Notes: generated from the sequence alone by a model not told the origin. A stretch of 64,000 nt of DNA from Octopus sinensis (GCF_006345805.1 NC_043000.1:41106001-41170000); one strand, 5' to 3'. Counted from the stretch's first letter, positions 1-13,116 are shown. Numbers and translations: made by a program.

Positions 1-699
1 ATACTGGCTCACGATAAAATCGTAAATTGTAACTAAGAGCGGATGCATCCACTCTGCGGAAAGTAGGGCCATGCTCTCATTGTAGAACACCCATCACCTT
101 TGTAGAGAAAATTACTAGAATAAATTAAAAGAAATAGATTTATGCCAGAAAGGTGGTGCGTATTTACAACTTGATGCTAGACTTCAAGCAGTGTTAGATT
201 GCTAACATATTAGTTAATTTGTAAATAAGTGCTAGTTTGTTAGATCATACAAAAATTAAAAAAAATTAAAAAATCAAAAAAAAATCGGTGACTGGTGAAT
301 CTGCAACTTTGTCCCTTGTAGTAATTAAAAAACACTAATTGCTGTACCGAAGATGCTAAATATTGATTTAAACTACCTAAATACAAGATATAGACAATCA
401 ATATTTTAGTCAATCAAACAATCATTCAAACTAAAAAGTTGATTAATTATGAGAATTATAATTGTAAGTTTAATTTAGTATTCAATCATTAATTAGTAAC
501 TAAAAGAAGCAAAAAACAAGAAATACACCAATTTGATTCAAATTATTCAAACATTTTTGTTTTATTTATTTCAACACGCATGTGCACCTTTTTGTTTGGC
601 TTTTAACTTTTTAGGTTAAATATTTTATTATTGAGATAAGAACTAAACCATTGTAAAATTGTCAAACTGAAATGAGCTCTTTTGATTAGGAGAAGGTCG

Positions 700-752
700 C
701 CGGGAATCGAACTAGCGACCTTACGATCGTGAGCCGAATACCCTAATCACGC
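700..752 (-). mobile_element. tRNA-derived SINE head fragment (family B)
   Basis: Reverse complement reads gtgattagggtattcggctcacgatcgtaaggtcgctagttcgattcccg, with a B-box-like GTTCGATTCC. It is homologous to the heads at 17665(-), 47320(+) and 61358(+). Confidence 0.75.
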
Positions 753-1238
753 AATTTCACATTTTTTTTTATATATAATTGTTTGTAAATAAACAAATCA
801 ATCAATTAAACGTCAGATTTTTGTCACTTTTTACCCATACCTTTTTTCTACAAATATATTTGTGGATCCCATTGCAATGGAACAAGACTATATAAATTGT
901 GTATGGCAAAAATATATATAATCCTTATGAACTCACATGAACCAGGAGGCTACCTGAACTCCAGGACGGAAGCCGTGGGGAGTTGTCCACATTTTCGGAA
1001 ATTTTTACTTCAAATTTGGAAAACCTAACTATCAAGCGAAGGAAGATAACTCGCCCGCCCATAAATTTTAAGAGGAATATTTCTTGAGCTATCATCGACG
1101 TTCTTATGTTAAAAAAAAAACATTCTTTTCAGAGAACAGTTATAGTTTAGAGAAACTGGAGAGATGTTTAGTTCACGCTAGATATGAAAACAATGGCTTT
1201 TTTCTAAGCTGTTACGTTACACATAAAAATATATATTA

Positions 1239-1627
1239 TTTTACTTGTTTCAGTCATTTGACTTGGCCGTGCTGCAGCACCGCCCTAAATGGTTTTTCAG
1301 TCGAAGAAATCAACCCAAGGACTTATTCTTTGTAAGCCTAGTACTTATTCTATCGGTGTCTTTTTACCGAGCAGCTAGGTCACTGAGATGTAAACACACC
1401 AACATCGGTTGTCAAGTGATGGTGGTGGTGGGAAAACACAGACAAAAAGGAATGCAAATAAATATATACATATATATATATATATATATGACGGGCTTCT
1501 TTCAGTTTCCGTCTACCAAAATCCACTCGCAAGGCTTTGATTGGCCCGAGGCTATAGTAGAAGACACTTGCTCGGAACCATGTGGTTGGGAAACAAGCTT
1601 CCTACCACACAGCCACGCCTGCACCTA
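1239..1627 (-). mobile_element. SINE family A (tRNA-like head, internal microsatellite, tail ...cagtcaaatgactgaaacaagtaaaa)
   Basis: Colinear with the copies at 26625, 27975, 38670, 45363 and 50244. This copy has an internal deletion removing the B-box segment (…acacttgc|tcggaacc…). Confidence 0.9.
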
Positions 1628-1644
1628 TATATATATATATATAT

Positions 1645-1758
1645 ATTGATCAAAATAAAAATAAAAATAAAAATAAAAACATGAGGCGAAGGATTCCGCT
1701 GAATCCTTCGCCTCATGTTTTTATTTTTATTTTTATTTTTATTTTTATTTTGATCAAT
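1645..1758. repeat. Near-perfect palindrome/hairpin (~52-bp arms, 4-nt loop)
   Basis: attgatc(aaaaat)n-aaaaacatgaggcgaaggattc CGCT gaatccttcgcctcatgttttt-(attttt)n-gatcaat. The arms differ only by one 6-nt unit. Confidence 0.95.
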
Positions 1759-1837
1759 TTACTCCACCACCTACACCACCAAACGGTATACACAGGTGCT
1801 TATAATTATCAAGTACTCACCCCGAATTTCTACACTC

Positions 1838-1874
<37 letters not shown>

Positions 1875-1880
1875 TATACA

Positions 1881-1912
<32 letters not shown>

Positions 1913-2713
1913 CTATATATAAACTATATATGTGTGTGTATATACATATACATATATACAATGAGAGAGAGAGAGAGAGAGATTGATAGATAGATATACA
2001 TACATACATATATATATATACATTATAAGTAGAATTCATATTCTTTACGACATGTAAGTGAATGGCTTGGGGAGCAATAGAATAGTGTTACCCCTACCCA
2101 CGCAGCCACTTCCATCACACTTATTATCCCTACCCATACCTATTGAAAGCCCTTCCTCCTTTGAGCACCTACCACAGCAACTGCCACAACAATCCCCACT
2201 ACCTACAGAATCACTACCATCATCCATTATGCAAGTACACGTAGGAAAAGAGAAAGCGTAATAGTGATGGTGATGGCTGTGGAGGGGGAGGTGTTTTTTT
2301 ATAGAACTAACATTAAGATCATTTTGCCTGGTGCGTTGATTAAGTGTGTGTGTATGTTTATAATTTGCATGCGTGTGCATGTGTCTGCATATTTATCTGC
2401 TAAAGTGTATGTATATGTGTTTGCGTGTGCGTATGAATTCATTGTTCTTTTTTTTTTAAGAATTTGCTCTGTTTCTGAATGTGAGTGGTGAGTAAATTGA
2501 ATTTATAATGTGTAGCATACATACATACATACGCGCATACATACATACGCGCATACATACATACATACATACATACATACATACATACATACATACATAC
2601 ATACATACATACATACATACATACATACATACATACATACATACATACATGCGTACATACATGTATATATATATGCATGCATTGATATATGTGCGCTTTC
2701 ATGTATTTTATTT

Positions 2714-2747
<34 letters not shown>

Positions 2748-2989
2748 ATGTATGTATGTATGTATAGTATATATGTATATTTGTGAGTATCTATCTATCT
2801 ATCTGTGTGTAAGTGTGTGTATATATGCATAATCATAATATGCGTATATAAATATAATATCTATATAAGTATGTAATTATGTGAATATAAATATAAATTT
2901 AAATATATGCATATTATATATATCTGTGTGTGTGTGTGTGCATGTGAGTGTATGCGCGTGTGCTACATATAAGTATGTACATCTTCATA

Positions 2990-3822
2990 AATGTTTAGTT
3001 CATCTTCGTGTGACAAGTGGAAAGAAAACTTCAACAGCAGTATCGACAGTAAAAATTAGTTTTGCAGCGGTAGCTGGGGAAAAAAAGATTTGAACACTGA
3101 TAAAACAAAACTGAAGAATTACAAAGTGATATTGAAAAAGGAGGTTAAGGTGCCCGCCCACCCCGCCAAGTTAACTGAAGATACAAATACGAAAACAATC
3201 ATATATAAATCATATTGTATGAAAAGTTGATATGAAGAATTGATAAAGTTTCAGAAGAAGCTGTAGAAAAATGTCTAAAAGAACTTTGACCAGATATAAC
3301 GTGTATAACAAGAGCGAGAAAATTTGCAGCGATAGAGGTGAGACTTTTAACAAGAAAAAGCGTACCATTCAACCAGATCACTCAAAACGGAAGAAATAGT
3401 TCTCCTCCCCATCTATATGGGGAAAAGAACAAATATCCCGCCAGAAATGGATGCTACTTGGTTGGTGGCAACCATAACTATGATTCTGGAAGAAAAAAAA
3501 AACGATACTGTAGGCGACAGTAACAGAAAAACAAAAACTGCTGGGGCAAAACCTGATTATTTTAATACAAGCAGAGCCCTTCAAACTGGAAGAGATTCCA
3601 GAAGTAATTCATGTAGGAGAAACCAGATTGGTGGTTGCAGTAGAGGGAAGAAAGCCAAGATGTTTCAAGTGTGGCAACAAAGGCCACATAAAGACGGAAT
3701 ATGACCCTCCTCAGGAAGAAACAGATACAGAAGAAGAGGAAGAAACAGCAACAGAAGTACTATCGTCTATAGAAACACAGGAAGAAAACAGCAGCAGCAA
3801 GGAAGAGAATGGAGTGGTTTGA
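2990..3822 (+). pseudogene. Tx1-like ORF1 (gag-like, zinc knuckle), disrupted
   Basis: VVAVEGRKPRCFKCGNKGHIKTE(Y) is a CCHC knuckle with the last Cys lost, followed by an acidic tail. Upstream frames are broken. Confidence 0.8.
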
Positions 3823-3899
3823 AGGCTTAAAGCTTCAGTTCGGGCAAGCCCGCGTCAAAGAAAAAGAGGTGTTTGAGAATCCACCTCTCACCACTGAGT

Positions 3900-6800
3900 A
3901 AGGTAGGTCGTTTGAGTATTCATGTTGGTTGTTTGAATGTGCGTGGCCTGACGTCGAGCAGGAAGCAAGGGAACTTCCTAAATGACATCAGGTCACGTGA
4001 TTTGGATGTTATTGTTGCTACTGAAACCTGGTTTAATAGACCAAGAGACCTGCTCCCTCTCCTGGGCGGCTACGAGAAATTCATTTTTCCAGACCGTCCA
4101 ATGGGAGGAGGTGGGGTGTTGGTCCTAATAAAAAGAAACTGGGTTTCAGGGAAGAAGCTAATTTTTTCTGACCCAGACGGTTGGCTGGTTGTCGTGGATT
4201 TGACGTTCAGTTGTGGTAAGACTATCTGACTGGTTGCAATTTATGCACCCAATTCAGTAGGGCAAAGTGAGTATTTTCGTGACCTAGAAAATTTCTTGGT
4301 TAGTCACATTCACTAGCGTTGGTAGGAGACTATAACAGAATCTGCGATACACGCGTGGATTATGTTGGCTCGTACACAGATAGGTAGGACAACTCTTGCC
4401 TCCAGGGTCTGCTAAGTTGCTTTCAACTAGCAGATCTATATAGACTGGAATTTCCGAACGCTCCATTGTAGACATGGTCAAGCAGCTACGGATGTTCTAG
4501 GTTGTATTTAGTTAGAATATTGATTAGAAAAACAGATAGAAATATAGCTAAGTGTTCACAGTTACACCTAGTCAGCTACAATGATCACAAGATGGTCACT
4601 TGTAAGTTTGACATAGATAAACTACATAGTAGAGGTTCTGGCTACTGGAAACTCAATACGTCATTTTTTGGCGATTGAAGAGTACAGAAACCGGATTAAG
4701 TTGATAATACAGAGGGCATTAACCGGAGCTATTATTGACAAATGGTGGTATGCCCTCAAATGAGCCATTAAATTTGAGTCGATTAGATATAGAATAGGTT
4801 TAGTGGCTAGAGAGACTAGGAGGGAATTAGACCTAGTTAAGGATCTAGAGGAGGCGATGAGGACTGGCTCTGCATCCCAGGTGAAGTCTAAGAGACTGGA
4901 ATTAAGCCAGCACTTCGAAGCCAAACACATAGGGTGCATTGTCAGAGCTAGACTTCGTCCAGTGGGTTGCAGGGAACCAAGGCCGCGAGATGGGCCCGGG
5001 TGGTCGAAGCCTAACGTGGTAATGATGCCGCAATTCGATCTTTAGTGATCCAACAAGGTAAGTTGACACCGAGCCCGAGGAGATGTGCAAGGCCTTTCAG
5101 GAGCACTTTACCCAGCTTTTCGGAGGAAGCGACGGACCAGAGAGTAGGAGGGACCTAACGACCTTCCTCACCGAGCTGCCGCGCCTTTCAGAGCAGGATG
5201 CGGAGTGCTGTGAGAGGCCGATCATACCTGAGAAAGTGGTAGGGGCTGTGGCGTGAGTAAGGCGCCAGGACTGGATGGTTTACCCTAAGAGTTATATGAG
5301 TATGCCAGATTTGTTCGGGCAACTACTGGCGGGTGCGCAGAGGAGTGGTGACGCTAGTCAGAAAGGACCCGGAAAAGGGGGATTCAGTTGATAATTTTAG
5401 GCCCATCACTCTGCTAAATACAGAACTGAAGATTTTGGCCAATGTGTTAGCGAAAAGGTTGGCGCGTGTCGCGGATGGTTTGGTCGGAGAGGCACAAACT
5501 TGTGCCGTCCCTGACAGAGCCATACAGGATAATCTCCACCTTCTGCGCTACACCTTAAAGGAATTCAATAGTAAACCTGGCAAGGATGGGGCATTAGTCC
5601 ATTTGGATCAAGCAAAAGCATTCGATAGGGTTGACTATCGTTATCTAGTGCCCGTTCTCGCGCAGTTCGGCCTGGGCCTTGGTTTCCTTAGATGGATCAT
5701 ATGAATTTATGATAACATCGACTAGATTGTTCGGATGAACAGTTTTTTGTCAAAGCCGTTCCGTGTCAAACGCTCGGTTCGCCAAGGTTGTCCACTCTCC
5801 CCGCTTTTGTAATGTGATGGTTCTTGAGCCATTGCTGTGATGGTTGAGTGGCATCCCGAGGGAACCAGGTTGTGGAAAGTCGGTTTCAGCATATGCGGAC
5901 AACATCACCATTATCGTAACCGACATGGGACACCTACAGAAGATAGGCGTGGTCATTAAGGCGTACGAGACGGTGGCAGGAGCAAAGACTAATCGTGAAA
6001 TATCAGTCGGCTTGCAGCTCGGCATCTGGAGAGGCAAGTCAATGCCTCCCGACAGCGTCGTAGGACGTTGGACGGAGGGTCCGATTAAGTTGTTAGGGTC
6101 CGGACCTCCAAATAGAGAATAACTGGGCTGATGTATCGAGCAAGGTGAACTATCGAGTTGGTGGTAATCCTTGAAAGGGATGGCCGTATCGCATCGGTCA
6201 TCATTTACCACCTAACCGTCGTTCCTTGCCTTGATTCGTGGTTAATCAAGCTGGAAAGACAACTCTTCTGCTTCCTGTGGAAGAACTCGAAACTACTTGT
6301 GAAACGCTCTATTTGCTGCCAGCAAGCGTTAAAGGGTGGACTAGGGATGCCTTGGCTATTGATGCGCAGACATGCGCTGAGGTTGAAACATCTGTGGCTC
6401 CACTTGGACGTTGAACGGGTGTGGTCTCCGCTGGCGAAACAGATGTTTCACAGGTTCACTAGTTTCAGTGGATGGGTAACCTAGTTCTATCATAGATCAA
6501 AGTTCGGTGCATGATTTACGGAGTGCCGCATGGCTCTCCTGCTATTCTGTCGCTCGGGTAATGCCAGCGGTGGGGGTTCAACCGCATCTTTCTACAGAGG
6601 GATGGTAGTTGGAATGTGACGACACCTTAGGGGAAGCCCTAGGTCTCGATGATAATCAGCTGGCCAGTCTGTTCCAGCGTACATTCGGGCCGAAGACCCT
6701 GGATAATTTTCAGAAGTCTCTGGCTTGGCAGTGTTACCGAGGAGACTTGCCTGTTCGTGACAAGCTAACAAGACACCTTTGCCCCGGCCCATCGACCTGT

Positions 6801-7198
6801 CCAAGATGCGGGCAGGGTAGGGAAACAGTCCTGCATGCTATTGTTCAGTGCTCAGAGGTGTCAGGCGTGTGGGTTTGTGCTGAACAACCGTTGTCGAGTG
6901 TCGGAAGCGTAAAGCTGTTGCTTAGTCAATTATAAAAATTGACCCACCTGTTTCCTTATCGAAAAAAGGTAAGAATTGCTTTCTATCAGTAATAGCAATT
7001 GCGAAGGAGGTGATTTGGAAGACTAGAATGAAAGGACTAAAGACAAGTATCTGCAGCTCTGGCTCTGCACTTGTGAATTTCTTTAGGTTTCACCTGAAAA
7101 GAAAAATAGAGCTAGAGAAAAGATGCCTGTCGGCGAAAATGTTTGATAGTCGATGGAAGAATGTAGTACGGATGTTGCGTATGAAAGTAACAGCATGA
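3900..7198 (+). pseudogene. Tx1-like ORF2 (APE endonuclease - reverse transcriptase - zinc finger), disrupted
   Basis: APE motifs GCLNVRGL and VATETW. RT motifs FRPITLLNTELKILA, LDQAKAFDRVD, RSVRQGCPLSP and AYADNI. C-terminal CPRCGQGRETVLHAIVQC. Confidence 0.92.
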
Positions 7199-7548
7199 AT
7201 ACGACAAATGACTTACATCAGTTACCAGTGGCAAAATGGAGTTTGTGGGGTCCAAGCCGTACCCGTCTCTCCACTCTATTTGTCTTGTCTTACCGTATTG
7301 TTATATCATTCGAATTATATTTGTTGAAATTTAAAAATTCATTTTTGTTTTTTCATATTTGTGTATCTGATCCCAAACCAGGTTGTGTTGTCCCCTCTAT
7401 GTTGGCCCCCTAGTGGGTAATAAAAAATTTAAAACTTCGGCCCGACTTTGGATTGGGAATAGTTTCCTTGTCTACAGTAACCGTAACATATGACATAACG
7501 ACAAATTATATCTTGCAGAGAAATAATTTATCTATTTATCTGTCTCTT

Positions 7549-7588
<40 letters not shown>

Positions 7589-7595
7589 TTCTCTG

Positions 7596-7643
<48 letters not shown>

Positions 7644-8693
7644 TGTGTGTGTGTGTTTGTGTGTGTGTGTATTATGTGTGTGTGGAGGAAAAATTATACA
7701 TAAAAGTACAAACAAACGGAAAATTACAATATTATAAGGTAAATGTAATAATATATTTGTTTGTGTGTATGTGTACGCTTGTATGTGTTTGTGTTTCTAA
7801 ACATATGTATGTTATACCTTATGTGCGTGAGAGATGGGAAGAGGAAGTGAGTGTGTGTGCGTGTGTGTGTTTGAAAGAAGAGAGAGAAATACACAGACAG
7901 ACAAACAGAAGATGTGTGGTAAAAATGAGAGAATAAAGGTTGTCACAGGTGAGTGAATGCACGCGGCTCAGGATATTTTAATTGTTATTTGAAAGTGGGT
8001 GGTCTTCAATATGGTTACTATGGGAGTTAGTAACCTCTTGGACAGCAACTGAGACAATGTACTTGGCTTTGATGTTACTATGGATTTGATGGCGATGAAG
8101 AAGACAGATGTGTTCTTAGGTGGTGTGGTGTTTGTGTAAGTGGTCATGGCGTATGTCATGACCTTGATGGTGAATATTTTAAGAATGATATTATTGAAAA
8201 CAGTGGCCCTGTTGTGGTTGATAATGCTGCAGCGTTGTCGATACCTTTCACTGTTTAACGCAGGCCTTTCTATCACTCTAAAGTATTCCGGTTGTTACCA
8301 TTTGGTCTTTTGTTTCGTGTATACTATACGTAAGAGCACATTGTCGATTATAAAATCGTTTCTTTTTTTAAAAAATAACACTCTTACTGGTAGGAGATTT
8401 AACTGCTCTTTCTTCCAGCTAGATTGAATTGAGGTTGGGAGATAGCACTGTTTGTGGTTGAGATGATAGTGATTCAGGTGGTAACGGTGGTGGGGCTATG
8501 CAAATCGTGAATGTTGCTGTTACTGTTCAACCTTATATCAATCAAGATCAACCGGATCAATGTGAAAAGTCATTCCATCCATGATCATCCCATCTTTTTC
8601 TTATGTTATTGACCTAAGGATCATATTACACCATATATCCTTTTCAAGACAGTAAGTTATAATTTAAGAAGATTCGACTACTATTTCAAGCAA

Positions 8694-8761
<68 letters not shown>

Positions 8762-9096
8762 TGTGTGTGTGTGTGTGTGTGTTTATGTAGGTGGATAGGT
8801 AAATATAATTCCAAGATACATCGAAATATTGTGTTGATGTTAATAGAGGTTGTTATGCTGGTTGGCTGACGACTGTGGTAGTGTTTGTTGTGGTATGTAT
8901 GCATGTCGGGGAGGTAGAAAAATATATAGATAGGTAAATAGATAGACAGATGGATTGATAAACAGATAGCTAGCTCGGTAGATAGATGGATGGACTAATA
9001 AACAGAGAGGTAAATAGATAGATAGACAGATAAAGTATATATATATATAGATTTATATATATGTATATATAGGTTATATATATATGTGTGTGCGAG

Positions 9097-9153
<57 letters not shown>

Positions 9154-9481
9154 TAGATAGACAGATATGTAAATAAGCAAGCACGAGTTCCAAGAGATAT
9201 AAAAATGTCTTGGTGACGGAAAAGCTTAAGATAATGGCAGGTGCTTTTGTCTATTTCAGCCTGTCACTAAAGTGAAGCACCTGCTGGTTAGTTGGCAATA
9301 CCCTAACCCTACCCCACCATTCTCATCCCACCCGACCACACGCCTCTTCTTCCAACACATTCCCTGTCCATCTTTCAGATACTTTCTTCTCCCTCACTAT
9401 CCTCCTCTCTCGCTTCTTTTATTCTTGTTGTAGTTTTTTTATCTTCATTTTTTCGTCTCCTCCTTTCTTCTTCTTCTTCTT

Positions 9482-9574
<93 letters not shown>

Positions 9575-9954
9575 TATAATGACGATGGCCGTAGTGGTGG
9601 TGGTGGTGGTGGTGGTGGTAGTAGTCTATATTATTATTTCTTATCTTTACTTTTTCATCGTATTATAAAGCCTCCCCCTCTGTTTCATCCTCCTCCTTCA
9701 TCCCCTTTCTTCGTCTTGTGTAAATTGAAAAACTATTCTTGTTTTCTAATTTCTCCCCCACCTCAGAGAAGCCTAACGTCAGATGAGAGAGTTCCCGACA
9801 GGAAGGAAATTAAGACTTTTAAAAAATTTTGTGAGCAGACTGGAGAAATGAAAGAATGACTAGCGTGCACTACCTTCGTAAGATCTTCGAGACAGGTGAA
9901 ACTGATGTGGTTGATGTTTAATGTAAACATCTTCAGCTCGATGCCCGCAACAAA

Positions 9955-10153
9955 TGATGATGATGATGACGACGATCACTACTACTACGACTATGATGAT
10001 TTATTTTACAGCATGGGCGTCCGATAAGGTAGTGGATTGCAAACACAGGTTAAAAATTGTGTGGGGCTTACATAAAAAAATAGGGCAACGAGAAAAGGGG
10101 GAAGGAGAGAAAGATTTTTTAAAATGCACACGCAGACTCTGTAGTCTGTAAAG
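9955..10153 (+). repeat. ~200-bp direct repeat, copy 1
   Basis: Nearly identical to 13630-13844, with only a handful of substitutions by eye. Both end at gtagtctgtaaag. Confidence 0.92.
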
Positions 10154-10429
10154 TACGTGAATACTTAGATGAAGCAGCCTTCCTGAGACAGGAGATTCAC
10201 CAAATAGGACCAGTTTAGAAACAACTCAGATTCAGGATCACACATCAAAAGCCAGTGCCTTTCCCTCCATTATACATCCAAAATGCCAATGAGTTCTTAA
10301 GTGAAGGTGAAGATACCTGCCCTCACACCTTTTAGCTTCATGGACCACACATCATCTAAGGAGAGCGGTTGGGTGATATTCAAGGTGGATATCTGGATCC
10401 GTCACACACATGATAACAGTTGTTCGAAT

Positions 10430-10870
10430 TAACTCGAAAAATTCCCGATTATTGAACACCGTACGAATGCATGTAGTGCCATTTTGTCGCTCTGGGTGAG
10501 TCTCGGACAGTCCTGTCTAAGGGCATTTCATCACCTGTTGAGTTTATTTCGAACTGATAAGGCTCTTCGGTAGTAATGCTGGGCAATTAGAAACTGGAAG
10601 AAGGTACGATAGTCATATTCTAAATGATGATGTGAGTGGTGTAGGAATTCGCTTTAGAATAGAACCGAATACCTCCATTTCTGTGGGGTCCGACGCCACA
10701 ATGATGAAGGCATTCGCATAAACTAACATAGCTCTCCTGCATTCCTGGTTGAAGAGAATATATCCAAAAGGTTCTAATTACTGAAGCAATGGCTCGAGAG
10801 CCAGTATGTATAAAAGAGACGAGAAGGATAGTCCAGACAGACCGAGCGAGCAATATGAAAAGTTTCCAAC
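10430..10870 (-). mobile_element. Degenerate Tx1/L1-clade RT fragment
   Basis: Minus strand encodes ARSV…(frameshift)LLYILALEPLL at ~10784-10816 and a decayed YAD-motif region (YANAFIIV), matching the RT at 5760-5930. Confidence 0.7.
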
Positions 10871-11039
10871 AGGTGGATGTTCACTTTGACAATTGAGAAA
10901 GCGCTATTGTACATTGCTGCAGTCCCACCTCTGAAAACGGTCTGAGACTGACTGTATTGGGGGATGCTGCGAAATGGCGATGGGCTCCTTATTCAGATGC
11001 AAGGACCGCAATTTTGAGGGAAGTCAGCTCAGACACGAA

Positions 11040-11150
11040 CCCCAGTATGTGACCGGTTTTTTATTTTAGCGATTTCGAAAGGATGGAAATCAAAGTTGAC
11101 CTCAGTGAGATCTGAAATCGGAACTTAAAGGACCGTAACTAAATAACTTT
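11040..11150 (-). mobile_element. SINE family C fragment
   Basis: cgaaaggatggaaatcaaagttgacctcagtgagatctgaa matches the family C core. Confidence 0.65.
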
Positions 11151-11607
11151 ACCGAAAATAACGAAAGCAATATATCTCACGTATCGAACCAACCACCAGA
11201 GCAAACTTTTGCATTAAAAGAGAGTAAATTAGCTTTTACACATACAAACAAACTTGTATACCACATTGTTCCTTTGTATCTGTAGTGTCATTGTAGTTTA
11301 TTACATCGGGTGAGTTAGAACCAATGGAAATAGTTCCAAGAAAATATTTAGCTATTCATGAAAATTAGTTTTGTTGGCATTTTCCTTTTTTAGACATATT
11401 TCTTTCAACCAACTGTTTGCACGAATGAGAGTGCAAATAAAGAGATTATTTGAAAGGAAAATTGTCAACTTCAGGAATCATTGGGCAGAGTATAGCTTGG
11501 CCAAATCTGTTTAGGAACGCTGAATCTCAAATCAAATAAGGTAATAGTGCGTACATTTTTAATGCCTACTTACTTTTCACCTACTCTGTGTATGTTTGTA
11601 TACATAC

Positions 11608-11666
<59 letters not shown>

Positions 11667-11667
<1 letters not shown>

Positions 11668-11900
11668 TAGACAAAATGAGATAAAGCCAAGGACGTGAGG
11701 ATTTTTCAGGACATTTATAAGGAAAACGATATAGTTATAGTCTCATCTGGGATATTATAGATATCCCTTCATCAGAGACGATGTGAGATGGTTAAATAGA
11801 GGTAAATATTCGAGTCCGAAATAAGGAATTATTATGGAAAAGGAGGAGATAGGGAATATAGGAGGAAATAAGAGAATGATAATAGAAATAAAAATATATA
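11667..11900 (-). mobile_element. PLE pseudo-LTR-like module with decayed hammerhead motif (family HH2)
   Basis: Homologous to 59570-59800. Minus strand reads gtct CTGATGA A GGGATAT ctata ATATCCC A GATG, with GAAA mutated. Abuts (TA)n. Confidence 0.75.
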
Positions 11901-11907
11901 TAAACAA

Positions 11908-12068
11908 AAGGCTTTCACGTAGTTTCCATGTCTACCAAGTTCACTCACAAGGCATTGGTTACCCCCCGGACTATAGTAGAAGACTTCTGCCTAAGGCGCT
12001 GCGCGGTAAGATTGAGCTCGAAACCCTGTGGTTGCGAAGCTAACATCTCAATCACACAACCGTGCCTG
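11908..12068 (-). mobile_element. SINE family A, diverged 5' half
   Basis: ctcacaaggc…tatagtagaagac…cctgtggttgcgaagc…cacacaaccgtgcc. Confidence 0.75.
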
Positions 12069-12299
12069 AAGAACACTTACTAATTATTTCTCGTAAATCA
12101 AGCGACTGTTTCGAGATCTCCTTTTGATTCCATTTCTAGATTTAGCTGCTATTTCTGGGTGATATAAATCGTCTGTTTTGACCCGCAATTTTACACGGAA
12201 AAATACTAGTCTCACAGAGGCGTGGTTTTCTGACAAATTACGTACATCCCTTGGGCTGACGAGTTTGGCTTATTAGAATGGATAAGCGAAGCGCTTGAG

Positions 12300-12730
12300 T
12301 TATTTTTACTGGCTGCTGAAACTGATAGCTACAGAAAATGGCTGTTAGAATGGGTTGGCTGTGGGAACGACTAGCTGCTGGAATTGGCTACTGATATTCT
12401 TAAGCGATGGAGATAGAATTTTTTTTATTCGTTACTGAAATAGCTGACTGCTGAAATTCTTGGCTGATGAAATTATTGATTCCTTTTAGCTGCTGAAATT
12501 AGTTGTTGCTGATATAGTTGGCTACAGAAATTACTGACTGCTGAAATTCAAGGCTGCTGATATAGCTAGTTGCTGAAATTCTTTGCTACTGGAATTATTT
12601 TGTGCTAAAATCATTGGCTGCTGAAATTCTTCAATACCGGAATTATTTATTGGTTACTTAAAAGACTGGCTGATGGAATTCTTGGCTGCTCGCGTTATTG
12701 GTTAGCTAAAATTATTAGTCTGGTTAGCTT
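12300..12730. repeat. Degenerate minisatellite built on ggctgctgaaatt
   Basis: More than 10 imperfect recurrences of (g/t)gctg(c/a)tgaaatt or ctactg(a/g)aatt. Confidence 0.7.
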
Positions 12731-12789
12731 ACTGGCTCACTATTTCAACATTCAGTTGTTGGAGTTAGTGACTGATTCATTTAAATTTG

Positions 12790-12940
12790 GTGATGAGGTG
12801 ATGAGGTATTGGTATCCAGAAGACCCAAGATGATAGGTAAGGCTATGTAAGTGCTACAAGAAGGCGGTAGTTAGACTCTCGGTAGCAATACGAGTGAGGA
12901 GTCTAATGCGGGTCCTGTGTGAGCATGTATATGTTAAAGA
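12790..12940 (-). mobile_element. Second segment of the HH2 PLE-derived element
   Basis: Homologous to 59428-59568 (gaggtattgg…atgtaagtgct…actctc…tgagcatgtatatgttaaa). Confidence 0.75.
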
Positions 12941-12949
12941 ATATGTTTT

Positions 12950-13108
12950 CTGCTATACCCTCCGGCCGACCAAAGGCGGTGCTCCAGCATGGCTGCAGTC
13001 AAATAACTGAAACAAGTAAAAAAAATAAGGGAAAAAAATTATATAAAAATATATATTTATTTATTTTCTGTTTCAGTCATTTGACTGCGGCCATGCTGGA
13101 GCGCCGCC
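12950..13108. mobile_element. Two SINE-A 3' ends in tail-to-tail inverted orientation
   Basis: ggcggtgctccagcatggctgcagtcaaataactgaaac (+) then gtttcagtcatttgactgcggccatgctggagcgccgcc (-), separated by ~60 nt of AT-rich sequence. Confidence 0.9.
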
Positions 13109-13116
13109 TATATAAA

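Larger units (their letters stand above)
2990..7430 (+). mobile_element. Near full-length, decayed Tx1/L1-clade non-LTR retrotransposon (ORF1 + ORF2 + 3' UTR)
   Basis: Gag-like ORF1 with zinc knuckle is followed by APE, RT and C-terminal zinc finger. AATAAA occurs at ~7419. Multiple stops and frameshifts are present. Confidence 0.92.

Noticed and set aside
7968-8427. Overlapping ORFs of ~100 aa on both strands
   Set aside because: Low-complexity GT-rich sequence with no domain motif or splice support.
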